Positions 36,841 to 47,487 of a stretch of 52,281 bases of DNA are shown piece by piece (position 1 is the stretch's first letter; every line of letters starts with the position of its first letter). A model generated the notes under the pieces. That model was not told the origin of the DNA. It did not search any database and worked only from the letters and a program-made list of their open reading frames with translations. Source of the DNA: Planctomycetota bacterium (GTDB lineage Bacteria > Planctomycetota > SZUA-567 > H5-PLA8). Location: contig JBBRPR010000058.1 in the NCBI GenBank assembly GCA_038227875.1, forward strand, positions 1 through 52,281. The letters are read 5' to 3'. Made by a program: the position numbers and the translations under genes.

Positions 36841-36920
36841 TGTCCCGCGCGTCCATTCCCTGGATCTTTACTCAGAGCTATTATTGCGTTCAGACATTCA
36901 GACGCAATGGAGATCCCGAA

Positions 36921-37547
36921 ATGCCTGTCTTTACATCACACCAATCGCCTCCCGAGTGGTGCGAATTACGCGAATTCGGCATCCACGACGTGCCGGACGG
37001 CGAATGTATCGAATTCCCGCCCGGTCACGCGCGGTCGCTATTCATCTGCACCGCCGGCGCGCTGGAACTCTTGCACTCCGGCACGCGCATCCCTCTGGCG
37101 CTGGGCGTTCCGTTCGAATTAACCCGCGCAGTTGCGGTCACGATCAAAGCCACCGGCGCGAGTCAGCTGGTGCGCGTCGCCGGCCGCTGGACTCAGACCA
37201 GCGGCGCAGGAATCTTCACCGTCCGCAATGGACCGCCCGCCGCCGGCGATCCGCCGTCGTTCAGCGGCAAGAGCACGCCCTTCGACAATCATTACCACGC
37301 CTGCGACGAATACTGGATCTTCCTCGACGGCAGCGCTCTGGTCTGCAGCGAAGGCCAGACGCACCGCGTCTCCCCCGGCGATTGCGTCGCCACCGGCATG
37401 GGCTGGCATCACGACGTCCTGCGCTGCGAGCACGATTCCGGAATCCGCGCTGTCTGGTTCGAAGCTGCGCTCGAAGGCCGGCGCCGCCCCGGCCATCTCT
37501 ACAATTCCGTCCACGGCTCCGCCGAACCCCAGCTCGCTCGCGTTTGA
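36921..37547 (+). CDS. cupin-domain protein
   Basis: DNHYHACDEYW..GMGWHHD metal-binding cupin motifs. Confidence 0.8.
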   Translation: MPVFTSHQSPPEWCELREFGIHDVPDGECIEFPPGHARSLFICTAGALELLHSGTRIPLALGVPFELTRAVAVTIKATGASQLVRVAGRWTQTSGAGIFTVRNGPPAAGDPPSFSGKSTPFDNHYHACDEYWIFLDGSALVCSEGQTHRVSPGDCVATGMGWHHDVLRCEHDSGIRAVWFEAALEGRRRPGHLYNSVHGSAEPQLARV

Positions 37548-37575
37548 AACACTCGCATCTGAAAGGATGGAGAAA

Positions 37576-38532
37576 ATGAACCCGCTCGAAACACGCCGCC
37601 TCGGCCGCACCAATCTTCACGTCACCGCGCTCGGCCTGGGCTGCTACCAGTTCACCAGCGAATTCAACGTGCCGCAGCGCGACGCGCACGCCATCCTCGA
37701 TCTTGCTTGCGCGTCAGGCATCAACCTCGTCGATACCGCCGCGATGTACGGCTTCGGCGAAAGCGAAGAACTCGTCGGCCGCGCCCTGCAGCGCCATCCC
37801 CATTGGCGCCCGCACCTCAGCACCAAGGTCGGCTGGCTCGACCGCACCGTCGCGCGCGCGAAAGGCGACGACGCCTACCGCGACGAAGATCTGCTTGAGC
37901 GCGCGATCCGTCACAGCCTCTGGCTGCTGCGCGTGGAACGCGTCGACATTTTCATGGTTCACGAACCCGACTGGCCCAAGTGGGGCCTCGAGTACAAAAC
38001 CGGCGACGCCCCGGTAATGCGCGTCCTCGAGCGCCTGAAGAAAGAAAACGTGATCGGCGCCATCGGGCTCGGCGGATGGAACTGCGACGTCATCGCCGAC
38101 CTGCTTTCGACCGGCCGCTTCGACGTCGCCTTGGTGGCCGGCGGATTGTCGCTCGTCGCGCAGCCCATTTTCACGCGCGTCATCCCCGCCGCCAAAACGC
38201 ATGACGTCGGAATCATCCTCGGCGGCGCGCTGGGCCAGGGCGGCCTGGTCGTCAAAGACCGCCCCGCCGTCCTCGCCAAGATCGCCGCCGGCGACCGCGT
38301 CGACTACCACCGCAAAGTGCTGGAGATCTACGCGCTCTCCGACGAGCTACAACTCGCGCTGCCCGAACTGGCCGTGCGCTACGTTCTGTCCCAGCGTGAA
38401 ATCCACACCCACATCGCCGGCGCCCGCCACGCCACCCATCTCGAAGCCAACCTCGCCGCCGTGGCCAAAGGCCCGCCCCCGCCTGAAATCATCGCCCGGA
38501 TCGAAGCCGTAAATTCACCCGCGCTGGTCTAG
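37576..38532 (+). CDS. aldo/keto reductase
   Basis: RRLGRTNLHVTALGLG, DTAAMYG..SEE..G, STKVG. Confidence 0.92.
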   Translation: MNPLETRRLGRTNLHVTALGLGCYQFTSEFNVPQRDAHAILDLACASGINLVDTAAMYGFGESEELVGRALQRHPHWRPHLSTKVGWLDRTVARAKGDDAYRDEDLLERAIRHSLWLLRVERVDIFMVHEPDWPKWGLEYKTGDAPVMRVLERLKKENVIGAIGLGGWNCDVIADLLSTGRFDVALVAGGLSLVAQPIFTRVIPAAKTHDVGIILGGALGQGGLVVKDRPAVLAKIAAGDRVDYHRKVLEIYALSDELQLALPELAVRYVLSQREIHTHIAGARHATHLEANLAAVAKGPPPPEIIARIEAVNSPALV

Positions 38533-38593
38533 CGACAGGAGATCCAATGCCACACCCGCCCCAATTAGCGCCCAGTTGCCATTTCGATAAAGC

Positions 38594-40549
38594 TCAGGGC
38601 GTCGGCGGTTCCGCCGGCAACTGCCCGATCCGCTCTTCGGCGCGCTTGCAGACGGAGTCGATATTCTGCGTCTCCGCCGGCGTCAGCGGCGCGATCACAG
38701 GCGGAGTCGGCAGGACGGAAATGGACGCAGATGCCCAGCTTCCCGTTTTGCAAAAGCGATTCAAAATTTCCAAGGCGGCACGCTGTTCGTCGGCGTCAGT
38801 GTTGGGCAATGTACCGCGGGTGCAGTCGATCAAGCGCCAACCCAGCGCACGGTCCTCAATCGAGACGCCACTACGTAGGGCCAGCTTGCGCACCACGACG
38901 TCGTTGGAATTCAGCGCGCGACGGATGCGCGCGGGCTGGCGCAACAAGGCGCATTCAATGCTGGTATAAAGCGCCGGGCTGGGCGCATCAATCAGAGCGT
39001 TGGCCGTCGCCTCCGCTTCCGCCGGCATCTGCTCGAACCAGCGCCACTCCAACATCTCAGTCGGATGCGTGCGAAAGAAGGAGGGGATGTCGGGCCTGAG
39101 CGCATTGACGCGTTCGGGCGGAAGTGCCCAAAGCATGCCGCTGACAAAGAGGTATCCGTACTGGCCGGACAAATGGGCGCGAATATCCGCGTCGGTGCCC
39201 AGCGTTGCCACCGCCTGCCCGGCTCCCATGTCGTACCGGGTGCTCTCCCTTAAACCGGCTTGGGCCAGAGTTGGAACCGAAAGGCCGGCTGCCAGTGCGC
39301 TACGCGGGTCGCGGGTGATCCAGGCCTGCCACACCGCATCGCAACATCCGCTGCCCTTCTGCCGCCACGATGGCGCAGAGCCTTGAAACAGGATCGAGGA
39401 CCGCCGCCACGACTTTGGACTGTTACTGGTGGCCTCCGCCGCCAAATTCGCATTCGACACCAGGCTCCGGCTGTACAGGCCTGCTTCCATTCCCACGGAA
39501 ATTCGAACCAATCGCGACGCCAGCGGCGCACGAATCACTTCAGGACAATGCCAGACCCAATCCGCTTGCGGTTCCCGCTCGGGCGCAATGAAAGCAGAGT
39601 AGGCCGACCCGGCAATGCCTGCTCCCAGGATCAGTGGAAATGAAATCAACAACACCGGCAGCGCGAAGATCAGTCTGCGGCGCCAGCCAACGGGACCGGT
39701 CTGCCGCAGCCGCGCGAGCAACGATCCGGCTCCCGCCGCCGCCGCCACCAGGATCAGTGCCGCCGCCGTAAACCAGTAGTTCGCCAGTTGCGAAAACAAC
39801 AACGGAGTCAGCGAGAGCAGTGCCAACAACGCGCACAGACCGGTGGCAAACCGAACGGACGTGGGCCAGAAGCCGCGCGCGATCGCCGGTCGATCGGCAG
39901 CGCGACGTTCCCGCAGAGCAATTACCAGAAAGAAAAGTGCCGCGATGAACGACGTACTCAGCACCGCCACCGAGGCTCCGTGCGGCCAGCTGGGCGCGCC
40001 CGCCATTCCCAGCGTCAAGCAGGTGCAGTCGACAGAAAGGATCACGGCCCAGATAAAAACCAGGCACGAAAGCGCAGCCACTACCGCCAGACTACTGCGC
40101 ACTCCCGGCTGTCCGCGCGTTGCGCGCACACGCCACGACAGCACGCTCAGCAGCACCAGTTCCGGCCCGCCCCACAAGCATAACTCCGGATATTCACCCG
40201 TAAGAAGATGAAGATATTCCTTCGTGGCTTCGCGCCAGAAGGTGACATACAGCCCAAAGTAGAAAAGGGACGCCAGAATGCACGCCAGAGTCAGTGCCGT
40301 ACTTTTTATCCCCGCACGATGCGCCCGCACGTACTTCAAGAACCCGGCGGAAATCAGCACCAGCGACCCGGCCGCCCCGACGCTGAACGCCGTGTTCGCA
40401 GCCCGCGCATCCGACGTCAACGCCGACAGCGCGCCGATGCCCGCGAGCATGGACACCCAGCCCAGTCCGACAAAAAGCAACGCATCATTGGCCGCCCCGC
40501 GCTCCGGCGCCACGCGCGAGAACTCCACCTGCGACATTTCATTCGACAT
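38594..40549 (-). CDS. large membrane protein with C-terminal helical domain
   Basis: About 9 N-terminal TM segments. Confidence 0.65.
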   Translation of the reverse strand: MSNEMSQVEFSRVAPERGAANDALLFVGLGWVSMLAGIGALSALTSDARAANTAFSVGAAGSLVLISAGFLKYVRAHRAGIKSTALTLACILASLFYFGLYVTFWREATKEYLHLLTGEYPELCLWGGPELVLLSVLSWRVRATRGQPGVRSSLAVVAALSCLVFIWAVILSVDCTCLTLGMAGAPSWPHGASVAVLSTSFIAALFFLVIALRERRAADRPAIARGFWPTSVRFATGLCALLALLSLTPLLFSQLANYWFTAAALILVAAAAGAGSLLARLRQTGPVGWRRRLIFALPVLLISFPLILGAGIAGSAYSAFIAPEREPQADWVWHCPEVIRAPLASRLVRISVGMEAGLYSRSLVSNANLAAEATSNSPKSWRRSSILFQGSAPSWRQKGSGCCDAVWQAWITRDPRSALAAGLSVPTLAQAGLRESTRYDMGAGQAVATLGTDADIRAHLSGQYGYLFVSGMLWALPPERVNALRPDIPSFFRTHPTEMLEWRWFEQMPAEAEATANALIDAPSPALYTSIECALLRQPARIRRALNSNDVVVRKLALRSGVSIEDRALGWRLIDCTRGTLPNTDADEQRAALEILNRFCKTGSWASASISVLPTPPVIAPLTPAETQNIDSVCKRAEERIGQLPAEPPTP

Positions 40550-40714
40550 AAACCCCCTGGCTTCAAACGCATTAGTACTATTAAGACCGCTCTTTTTGAA
40601 CGGATGTCACGAAAAAATCCATTTAGTGCTGACGCTGAGACAATTAAGGTCCCGAAATATTCCCTGTCATCAGGGGAATTCAAACGCAATCCGAAGCCCA
40701 GCCAGCCGTCTCGG

Positions 40715-40753
40715 CCGATTGCCGATTGCCGATTGCCGATGCCGGTGCCGTTG
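40715..40753. repeat. CCGATTG heptamer array (degenerating)
   Basis: CCGATTGCCGATTGCCGATTGCCGATGCCGGTGCCGTTGC. Confidence 0.75.
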
Positions 40754-40890
40754 CTGAGGAACATCGATCTTTCCAAGAATAGTGAGCCGCCAATGCCGAC
40801 GTGCCGACCCCGCTGTACACCACCGAAGCTTGCTGCTACGATAGCCCGCAATCCAACATTTCTTATGAAGGCGTCCGCGCGGAGGGAGCT

Positions 40891-41409
40891 ATGGCAAAAT
40901 ATATTCTGGATTCGTTTCGCGAAGAAAATGTGTTCGGAAAACTCTACGCCGCCAGTGCGCTCGTCGCCGTGCTGGCCCACGTGTTCCCCTGGGTCCAGAT
41001 CTCCACGGATTTCGGCTCGCACATCGTCAACAAAGAAACAGGCGAACCGTTGATGAACTTCGCCAACAGCCCCGTCGTCAAAATCATGCCGGGTTACGAT
41101 ATCTTTTATGGAATGGCCACGCTGATTATTCTGGCCGTAAGTCTCGCGTGCTTTGCCTATACCTTGATCAGCGAAGACAAAATCATGCGCAGAAATTTGG
41201 ATCTGTTCGCGCGGCTGGCCGCCGCGGCCAGCGTGATCGTACTGGCCATCTTCTGGCTCAAACTCGGCGATCAGCAATCCGGAAACGAAATCCTTTCAGT
41301 CAATCTGCACGTGGTCACTCTATGGGGTCTCTTCGCCACATTCGCCGCGTGCCTATTAATGGCTGTATTTTCATTCCTGAGAACGCCCCGGGAAATCGCT
41401 GCTCATTGA
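40891..41409 (+). CDS. membrane protein
   Basis: 4 TM; GGAGGGAG RBS. Confidence 0.7.
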   Translation: MAKYILDSFREENVFGKLYAASALVAVLAHVFPWVQISTDFGSHIVNKETGEPLMNFANSPVVKIMPGYDIFYGMATLIILAVSLACFAYTLISEDKIMRRNLDLFARLAAAASVIVLAIFWLKLGDQQSGNEILSVNLHVVTLWGLFATFAACLLMAVFSFLRTPREIAAH

Positions 41410-41469
41410 AATAGGTATAGTTCGCACTGTCCCGCCGAATGTTGGTTTTCGTAGCGCGGAGGCCATCGA

Positions 41470-42765
41470 GTGATCCAAACCGAATTCACACCCGGCAAAC
41501 GCCTGGTCCTCGAAATGCCGAAAGGCGAGGAGGATTCGCAGCGCATGGCCACGGCCTGCATGCTCAGCGTTTTAGGCGTGCCGTTTTTTGTGCTGGGCAT
41601 CTATTGTGTGGCCACAGGCACGACTATTCCTTCAAATACATACTTTCTAATTGCAGAATCACTCCTATTGGCCTTTGCACTCTTTATTTGCTTCGTTCCT
41701 CTTCCGCGCAAAGTCTCGATTACGCCCGGCGACGCCAGAGAGGACGCCGCTGGTGATCACGCGGGCGGGCACTGCGTTCTCCAGATTGACCGCATGCTGG
41801 GATTACTGAAGTTCAAGACCTCCAGCCGCTCCAAACCCGATAAGCTGATCATTCGGTTGAATCGAGGTGTCTTCGGCGAAACCAACGTCGACATCCAGAC
41901 CACGCTGGATAAGCCCGAACCCGGCAATCTTTTTTTGGTCGCATTTGTCAATACCGAACGGGACGTTGAAGAGTTTGCAGGGCTCGTCGCCAATGCCGGA
42001 CATTTCGCGTACGTTAAGAAGCAGGAGGATTCCAAGGGCAGGTATTTTGTACTGTCAAACGAACCTTCCGATGACGACATCGCAGTCCCGCCGGATCTCC
42101 AGGGTCTGCCGTTCCACGCCGTGGATTGCAGTCGCATCCGCATGAGCAAAGACCTCGTTCATTTCGACGCCAATCGAGCCGCCCCGGTTGCAGCCGTACA
42201 GGACTGGCAGCCGCAACGGCATCTCGAACTGAAACAGGACCTTCCCGATCAGGACGCCGCATTCAAACTGATGCGTTTTTCATTCCTTCTCGCCATTCCC
42301 GCCGGCCTGTGGGCCTTGGCCGTGCTCAGAAGCTGGCCCGGCGCAACTCCACTGGAGCGCGGTGTCTGGACCGCAGCCGCAGTACTGTTTGGCATTTCAG
42401 CCATGGCAATGACCATCCAGCGTCTTTGCATGTGGCGGCATACTCTTACGACCATCGACAAGGAGCGGGAAATCAGGAGCCGCAACGGCGTGTTCTTCTT
42501 CTCCAAAATCCCAAGAGAGGAAATCGAATACCTGTACGTCGAACACGTGGAAAAGGAAAAGGATACGCCAGAGAAACACCGCCTGCGGATGTTTGTTGTG
42601 AGCGGCAGAAAAACAGCCTCCTACATCGACTCCAAATGGATGCCCGAGCCCGAAGAAGTCAGTGCCGCGATGCTAATGATCGCCATGGAATGCGGACGAA
42701 TCCTGAACCGCCCCGTCTACGCGCAAGGCAGTTTATTGAAGACACTCAAGCTGGAGTTGCAATGA
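41470..42765 (+). CDS. membrane protein with two TM-hairpin + soluble modules
   Basis: GGAGG RBS, GTG start; two similar 2-TM units. Confidence 0.65.
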   Translation: MIQTEFTPGKRLVLEMPKGEEDSQRMATACMLSVLGVPFFVLGIYCVATGTTIPSNTYFLIAESLLLAFALFICFVPLPRKVSITPGDAREDAAGDHAGGHCVLQIDRMLGLLKFKTSSRSKPDKLIIRLNRGVFGETNVDIQTTLDKPEPGNLFLVAFVNTERDVEEFAGLVANAGHFAYVKKQEDSKGRYFVLSNEPSDDDIAVPPDLQGLPFHAVDCSRIRMSKDLVHFDANRAAPVAAVQDWQPQRHLELKQDLPDQDAAFKLMRFSFLLAIPAGLWALAVLRSWPGATPLERGVWTAAAVLFGISAMAMTIQRLCMWRHTLTTIDKEREIRSRNGVFFFSKIPREEIEYLYVEHVEKEKDTPEKHRLRMFVVSGRKTASYIDSKWMPEPEEVSAAMLMIAMECGRILNRPVYAQGSLLKTLKLELQ

Positions 42766-42858
42766 GTGAAGAATAGGATGGACAGAAGAACCACAGGAAC
42801 CGCGAGCCTCCGGCGGCGCCCCATCACATGAAAGTCGGAAAGTCAGCGCCAAATGCCC

Positions 42859-42941
42859 GCGGCCTGAAAGGCCGCCCGTCAGTAGCCAGGGGCGGCAGCC
42901 CCTGGTCCGCTCCTCCACAGTCTCCAAGCCCTGAAAGGGCG
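42859..42941. repeat. REP-like multi-hairpin dispersed repeat
   Basis: Near-identical to 13178-13261; GCCCTGAAAGGGC hairpin. Confidence 0.75.
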
Positions 42942-43028
42942 CCCGAAAAATCGCCGCATTCAATTTCGACGATTCAATTTCACTCGCGCCATGGCATAAT
43001 CGTCCATCTATCATTTTGAGGTGTAACT

Positions 43029-44354
43029 ATGGCCGAGACCACGCTCGTCGAACTCTATCAATCGTTAAATCAGCGTCGAAGGCCCGAAGACGTTGCGCAT
43101 ATGGTGCTGGAGTTTCAGAAGTCTTCACTGAACTCCGAAGAGGCGGTCCTACTTAAAAGAGCGGCAAAGGGCTCGTTGAAAGAGCACGTACTTTCCTTTG
43201 CAGGCTACACCTCGATGGCGCAAGACTTCAAGCGTCCGGTCGGCGCGGAGCGTCAGGTAAAAAAAGCTCAGGAAATCTTCCGCATTGCCTCGGACATGTC
43301 GGCCGCTCAGTGTTCTGATCCAGCAGCAGTTGAGCGTTTCATTCAATGGGCTGGGACCACGATTAAGAAGACGTTCGGACGAAATGATTTCAAGGCCGAC
43401 CGACTGAATCGAGCACAACGCGAGACGGCCGGGCTTGATCTCTCCAAGCGGCGATACAACAAACTGTTTCGCCACTTGGAAAGAATGGAAGCCAAGCTTC
43501 GAAAATTGACGCGCGAACTGCGCAAATTTGAATTTACGATGATCGGGAAATCCTTATTGGCTTCGAAGCTAACTTGGGAGGAATTCCAACGCGACGGCGA
43601 CGCTGCCTGCTTCATTGCCTATTACACCGCCCGCTGCAACCTCCGCAGCGAATTCACAATCTCTGGACAGCAGCGCCCGTACGACGAGATCGCGGACATG
43701 CTATTCAAGCGGTGCCGGGGCACGACTTCGAATTACTGGGCCATCGCTCACGTCTTGCCCGATCGGGAAGTTCTCGATCACCTGAGCGCCCAGCAGAAGG
43801 GTGAATTGCTGGGACGATGGGTTGAGATTCTCAGGAATGTCGCCGGACTTTTGAAAGAAGTCTGGGACTCCTCATCCATGGATCGCGCCGGGATGGTCGT
43901 CCGCCGTGGAAACGATTCGACCACGTGGAATAACACCGCGAGTGCCTGGAACAAGGCGCGGTCCAGTTGGATCTCCCTGGTGTACGCGCTGGGGATGGAT
44001 GACCTGCTCGACACATTTTGCCCCGGAAAAGTATTGAGACTGATGGCCGCTGATGTCGTCGCATGGCATCGGCAATGCGGCGGAGATATCGATCCGGATA
44101 CACGGGTCTGGAACGACGTACCACTCCCGTGGGAAGTCTTGAATGAATCTGAATCGCCCATATGTACCCGCGCAACGATTGAGGAAGCATGTCGTCGGCA
44201 CGGTGTTGATCCAATAAAAAAAGGTTGGTCGATGCCGCGGCCAGAGAGGACGGTTGCGGCGTTCAGGCCAACGCCTGAGTTGGTTCATGGCGTTGCTGTT
44301 TCGAGTCCGTATCTCGCCACTATATTGAGGAAGGCTGGCTGGTTTTCCGGATAA
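43029..44354 (+). CDS. uncharacterised 441-aa helical protein upstream of tRNA-like genes
   Basis: GAGGT RBS; long ORF; no domain assignable by eye. Confidence 0.8.
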   Translation: MAETTLVELYQSLNQRRRPEDVAHMVLEFQKSSLNSEEAVLLKRAAKGSLKEHVLSFAGYTSMAQDFKRPVGAERQVKKAQEIFRIASDMSAAQCSDPAAVERFIQWAGTTIKKTFGRNDFKADRLNRAQRETAGLDLSKRRYNKLFRHLERMEAKLRKLTRELRKFEFTMIGKSLLASKLTWEEFQRDGDAACFIAYYTARCNLRSEFTISGQQRPYDEIADMLFKRCRGTTSNYWAIAHVLPDREVLDHLSAQQKGELLGRWVEILRNVAGLLKEVWDSSSMDRAGMVVRRGNDSTTWNNTASAWNKARSSWISLVYALGMDDLLDTFCPGKVLRLMAADVVAWHRQCGGDIDPDTRVWNDVPLPWEVLNESESPICTRATIEEACRRHGVDPIKKGWSMPRPERTVAAFRPTPELVHGVAVSSPYLATILRKAGWFSG

Positions 44355-44469
44355 GTCGAAAAGGAACTTCCTGAAAACACGCCTCTATTCCGGGTTCGGC
44401 GCGATCAATTCGGAGCAGCAGTGGGAGTCGACAGTCAGATTAACGAGCCAACGAATTCGGATCAAAGTA

Positions 44470-44498
44470 TTGACAAGAAAGGAGAATAGCACCACTAT
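44470..44498 (+). promoter_or_regulatory. sigma70 promoter for the tRNA-like pair
   Basis: TTGACA-17 bp-CACTAT, ending 9 bp before the first cloverleaf. Confidence 0.65.
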
Positions 44499-44507
44499 TC
44501 AGATGGT

Positions 44508-44579
44508 TTCAGGATAGCTCAGTGGTAGAGCGTCCGGCTCTTAACCGGATGGACGCAGGTTCGAGCCCTGCTCCTGAAT
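44508..44579 (+). tRNA. tRNA-Lys(CTT)-like, atypical
   Basis: Full cloverleaf with TTCAGGA/TCCTGAA acceptor and TCCGG-CTCTTAA-CCGGA; U1-A72, U73, no CCA. Confidence 0.7.
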
Positions 44580-44593
44580 CCGCTCAAATTGCT

Positions 44594-44665
44594 CTCGGGA
44601 TAGCTCAGTGGTAGAGCGGTCGGCTCGTCTCCGACTGGACGCAGGTTCGAGCCCTGCTCCCGAGG
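44594..44665 (+). ncRNA. tRNA-like RNA (nominal anticodon CGT, non-canonical loop)
   Basis: D, variable and T arms identical to the upstream copy; acceptor CTCGGGA/TCCCGAG; loop CTCGTCT has a pyrimidine at position 37. Confidence 0.65.
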
Positions 44666-44872
44666 GCGCTACTATCTCGTCAGCGTGCCTGTAGTAAGTG
44701 TAGATAAATCATGGCGGATCCAACTCCTGTGACACGATCCATGACCGAACGCGAAATTCACGCGTTTGAGCACCTGACTATTCGCTATCTGCTCCTGCCT
44801 AACTTATCTCTCAATCACGTCGTCAAGATCACTGCTAGCCGCATTTCTGCTCTGCCCCACCAAACCCGCTCA

Positions 44873-44953
44873 AGGGCCAAAGGCCCGCCGCTATACCAGC
44901 CTGGGGCAACGCCCCAGGAAATAGTGCCCAATCCCAAAAGGGCTGAAAGCCCG
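44873..44953. repeat. REP-like three-hairpin repeat
   Basis: GGGCCAAAGGCCC..CCTGGGGCAACGCCCCAGG..GGGCTGAAAGCCC. Confidence 0.65.
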
Positions 44954-45018
44954 AACTATGCCTCCGGCCCGAACCCCTCGCGTCGCGGCAGGATTCCAAT
45001 GCAGGCGTGGAAAGAACC

Positions 45019-46002
45019 TTATGTCAATTTAGTTGGTTGTCCGTCCGGCCCCATATCGTCCTCACGACACTTCTTCGCGATAAGGAGGGCGCGGCACAAG
45101 ACATCATTGAAATTGTGTCCAGGAATGCGAAAGCTCCGTCCGTTCCTGATCGCTGAGAACATATCTGTGAAATCCCATCGTCGGGATCTGTAGTCCACGC
45201 GCATGGGGTGCTCTGGGACATTCAATTCATTGGACTCTCGTAGAACGACAACGGAAGGAATTTGCTCCAACTTCATCAATGAATCTTCTTCTCTCAACCT
45301 TGCATATTTTAAATTGTGAAGAGTCATGCATACATCGGCCCAACGAATCGCTTTCCCACTGTGATCGCGGCGAACCCATGGATGATATTTCGTCAGTTTT
45401 TCCCAGAGTAATCCGACGTATTGGCCATCGGGTACATAAGCTGTGCTGTCCGGCTTAATATAATCGTGAAAAAATGGCGGATCACAAGGCGTCCATTCCC
45501 TATTGCCGGATTCCGATTTATATTCAAGACGCTCCCATGTACCCTCTGTCATGCGCCAACCCAGCACATGAAGGGCAACGCGTTCTGACAGAGGATGCTT
45601 ACCTCTCGGGCTGAATCCGTCCTCCAATTCCATGATTTCTTCGAGGCTAATATCTAATGTTGGCAACTCTTCGCGCACGGATGGAATCTCGCCACGAACA
45701 TCATAGTAGTCCCGAAAACGAGAAATCCATGATTCATAATTTGACGAATATGAAAATATGCCGTTGTTTGTCCAATATCGCAATCGTAGCTCATCCCAAG
45801 GATTTCGTGGATGCCATGCGACCATTTGGCGTAATTCGACTTCAAATTCAGGCGATACCAAATTAAGGAGCCATTCACATTCTCGCGGAGGCGTGGTATC
45901 GAACATACCGATTACTGCTTCATGCGCGCGAAATACGGACTCTTTCCACCTTCTATGAAAATAGTGAATTTTCTCCTCGTGTGACTTTTCAGCCCAAGTC
46001 AT
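45019..46002 (-). CDS. hypothetical protein (lower GC)
   Basis: 327-aa ORF; GGGG RBS. Confidence 0.65.
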   Translation of the reverse strand: MTWAEKSHEEKIHYFHRRWKESVFRAHEAVIGMFDTTPPRECEWLLNLVSPEFEVELRQMVAWHPRNPWDELRLRYWTNNGIFSYSSNYESWISRFRDYYDVRGEIPSVREELPTLDISLEEIMELEDGFSPRGKHPLSERVALHVLGWRMTEGTWERLEYKSESGNREWTPCDPPFFHDYIKPDSTAYVPDGQYVGLLWEKLTKYHPWVRRDHSGKAIRWADVCMTLHNLKYARLREEDSLMKLEQIPSVVVLRESNELNVPEHPMRVDYRSRRWDFTDMFSAIRNGRSFRIPGHNFNDVLCRALLIAKKCREDDMGPDGQPTKLT

Positions 46003-46024
46003 GGATTCCCCCTAACGCTCTTGA

Positions 46025-46732
46025 TCAGACGAGTGGCGATTCGAGCTTCCCAAGAATCTCGCGCGCCTGGGTTGCATAGAAATTATCGTACGGGCATTTC
46101 AGCACACGTTCCAAATGAAGCCGAGCTCTTTCCCGGTCCCCTGAGCGCCAATAAATGTAACCCAGGAGGTATTCCTCAATGAAACTGACGAATTCGTCAA
46201 AAATAAGCCCTTTTACACGTCGCGGCGGATCAGCTTTGGATGCCTCAAATTCCGATGCAATTCGAGTAGCATTAGCGATATTGCCCTGTTTGGCTTCATA
46301 ATGACCTTTACTGATTAATAGAATTGGATAAGCGCGGATATTTTCCTCAGTACAGGCCAGCTCGAAGCACGTTCGAATACGCTCCTGATCGCTGTTCTCG
46401 ATAAACAAGAGCGTTCTGCCGAGAAGCTCGTAATGAAAGGGTTTCAAAGTGGGCTCGCGTTTTGAAATATCGATGCTCTCCAGCGTTTGCACAGCTCCGG
46501 TCAGATCACCTTTTCGATGCTGAGCCTGGGCCATATTGAATAAATAAGTATCGCGCCGATCAGGATCGCGTTCGCATCGCCCGCGAAACCATTCAACGGC
46601 CCGATCGAATTTCCTCGCACGCAAGAGTTGAAGTCCATCCAGCGGTTTCGAAATCGTAAGGAGGACATAGGCCGCTACTAATCCCACGATAATTAGTGTA
46701 TTAGTTGAGGGCATTACGCTAATTCCTGTCAT
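46025..46732 (-). CDS. membrane-anchored TPR protein
   Basis: N-terminal TM; YLFNMAQAQHRKGD and YLLGYIYWRSGDRERAR TPR motifs. Confidence 0.75.
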   Translation of the reverse strand: MTGISVMPSTNTLIIVGLVAAYVLLTISKPLDGLQLLRARKFDRAVEWFRGRCERDPDRRDTYLFNMAQAQHRKGDLTGAVQTLESIDISKREPTLKPFHYELLGRTLLFIENSDQERIRTCFELACTEENIRAYPILLISKGHYEAKQGNIANATRIASEFEASKADPPRRVKGLIFDEFVSFIEEYLLGYIYWRSGDRERARLHLERVLKCPYDNFYATQAREILGKLESPLV

Positions 46733-46866
46733 GGAGACGCGCGGATTCTATGACATTAAAATAATACTGCTAAGTCCGAAAAGCCGTCCCGGAGGCTCCG
46801 GCTATGCTCCGGAAAGAAACGACGCGCACCCCCGATTGCTGTAACATTTTGTCGCATTTTGTCGCA

Positions 46867-47487
46867 TCACCCACGCGTCCGTTCCACATTCCCCCGAACC
46901 ACCGCCCCCATGACAACTCCCGCCAACACCACCAGCCCCGCAACCCCCAGCCAGACCAGCTTCGGCGAGAGGGTTTCCGAGAGCAGACGGCAGCTCCCGG
47001 CGAACCAGAAGGACATCCCGATCAACGCCGGCACGCCGAAACGCGCGCGCCCCACCGCCTGGAGTAGAAACACGCACTCACCGTGCGGAGGGTCTTCGAT
47101 GTCCGGATAGAAGCCGCTGATGCGAATACACAGCAGCGATAGATACAAACCAATCCCGAAGATCCCCCCGACAATCAGCAAAGGGTTATTGGAAATCACG
47201 CAGAGAATCAACCCATTCAAAATCGCCACCAACGCCACCATCACCAGCAGCGAATACCGTGCATAAAAGAAGAACACGATGACGAACACCGCCAGAAAAC
47301 TCACGAGCGCCACGGCGCCAAATCCGACCGCGAAAATCATCAGCGGCGTTACGACGAACCCCGCGATGCCTAGCCCCACCGCCGGAAAGAACGTCAGCTT
47401 GATCACGGTCCGCAACAACGCCAGCGACACCCGGGCCACCGGATGCGGATCAGGAAGAGCCTGGTTCTGTGTGGAAAGCTCGGTCAT
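46867..47487 (-). CDS. multi-pass membrane protein (paralog of 35185-35877)
   Basis: ARYSLL..NGLI..LLQAVGRAR versus LRYSLR..NALI..LFRAAGKMR. Confidence 0.6.
   Translation of the reverse strand: MTELSTQNQALPDPHPVARVSLALLRTVIKLTFFPAVGLGIAGFVVTPLMIFAVGFGAVALVSFLAVFVIVFFFYARYSLLVMVALVAILNGLILCVISNNPLLIVGGIFGIGLYLSLLCIRISGFYPDIEDPPHGECVFLLQAVGRARFGVPALIGMSFWFAGSCRLLSETLSPKLVWLGVAGLVVLAGVVMGAVVRGNVERTRG

Noticed and set aside
44711..45193. 160-aa plus-strand ORF
   Set aside because: Runs through a REP-like repeat and overlaps the 45019-46002 gene antisense; no motif support
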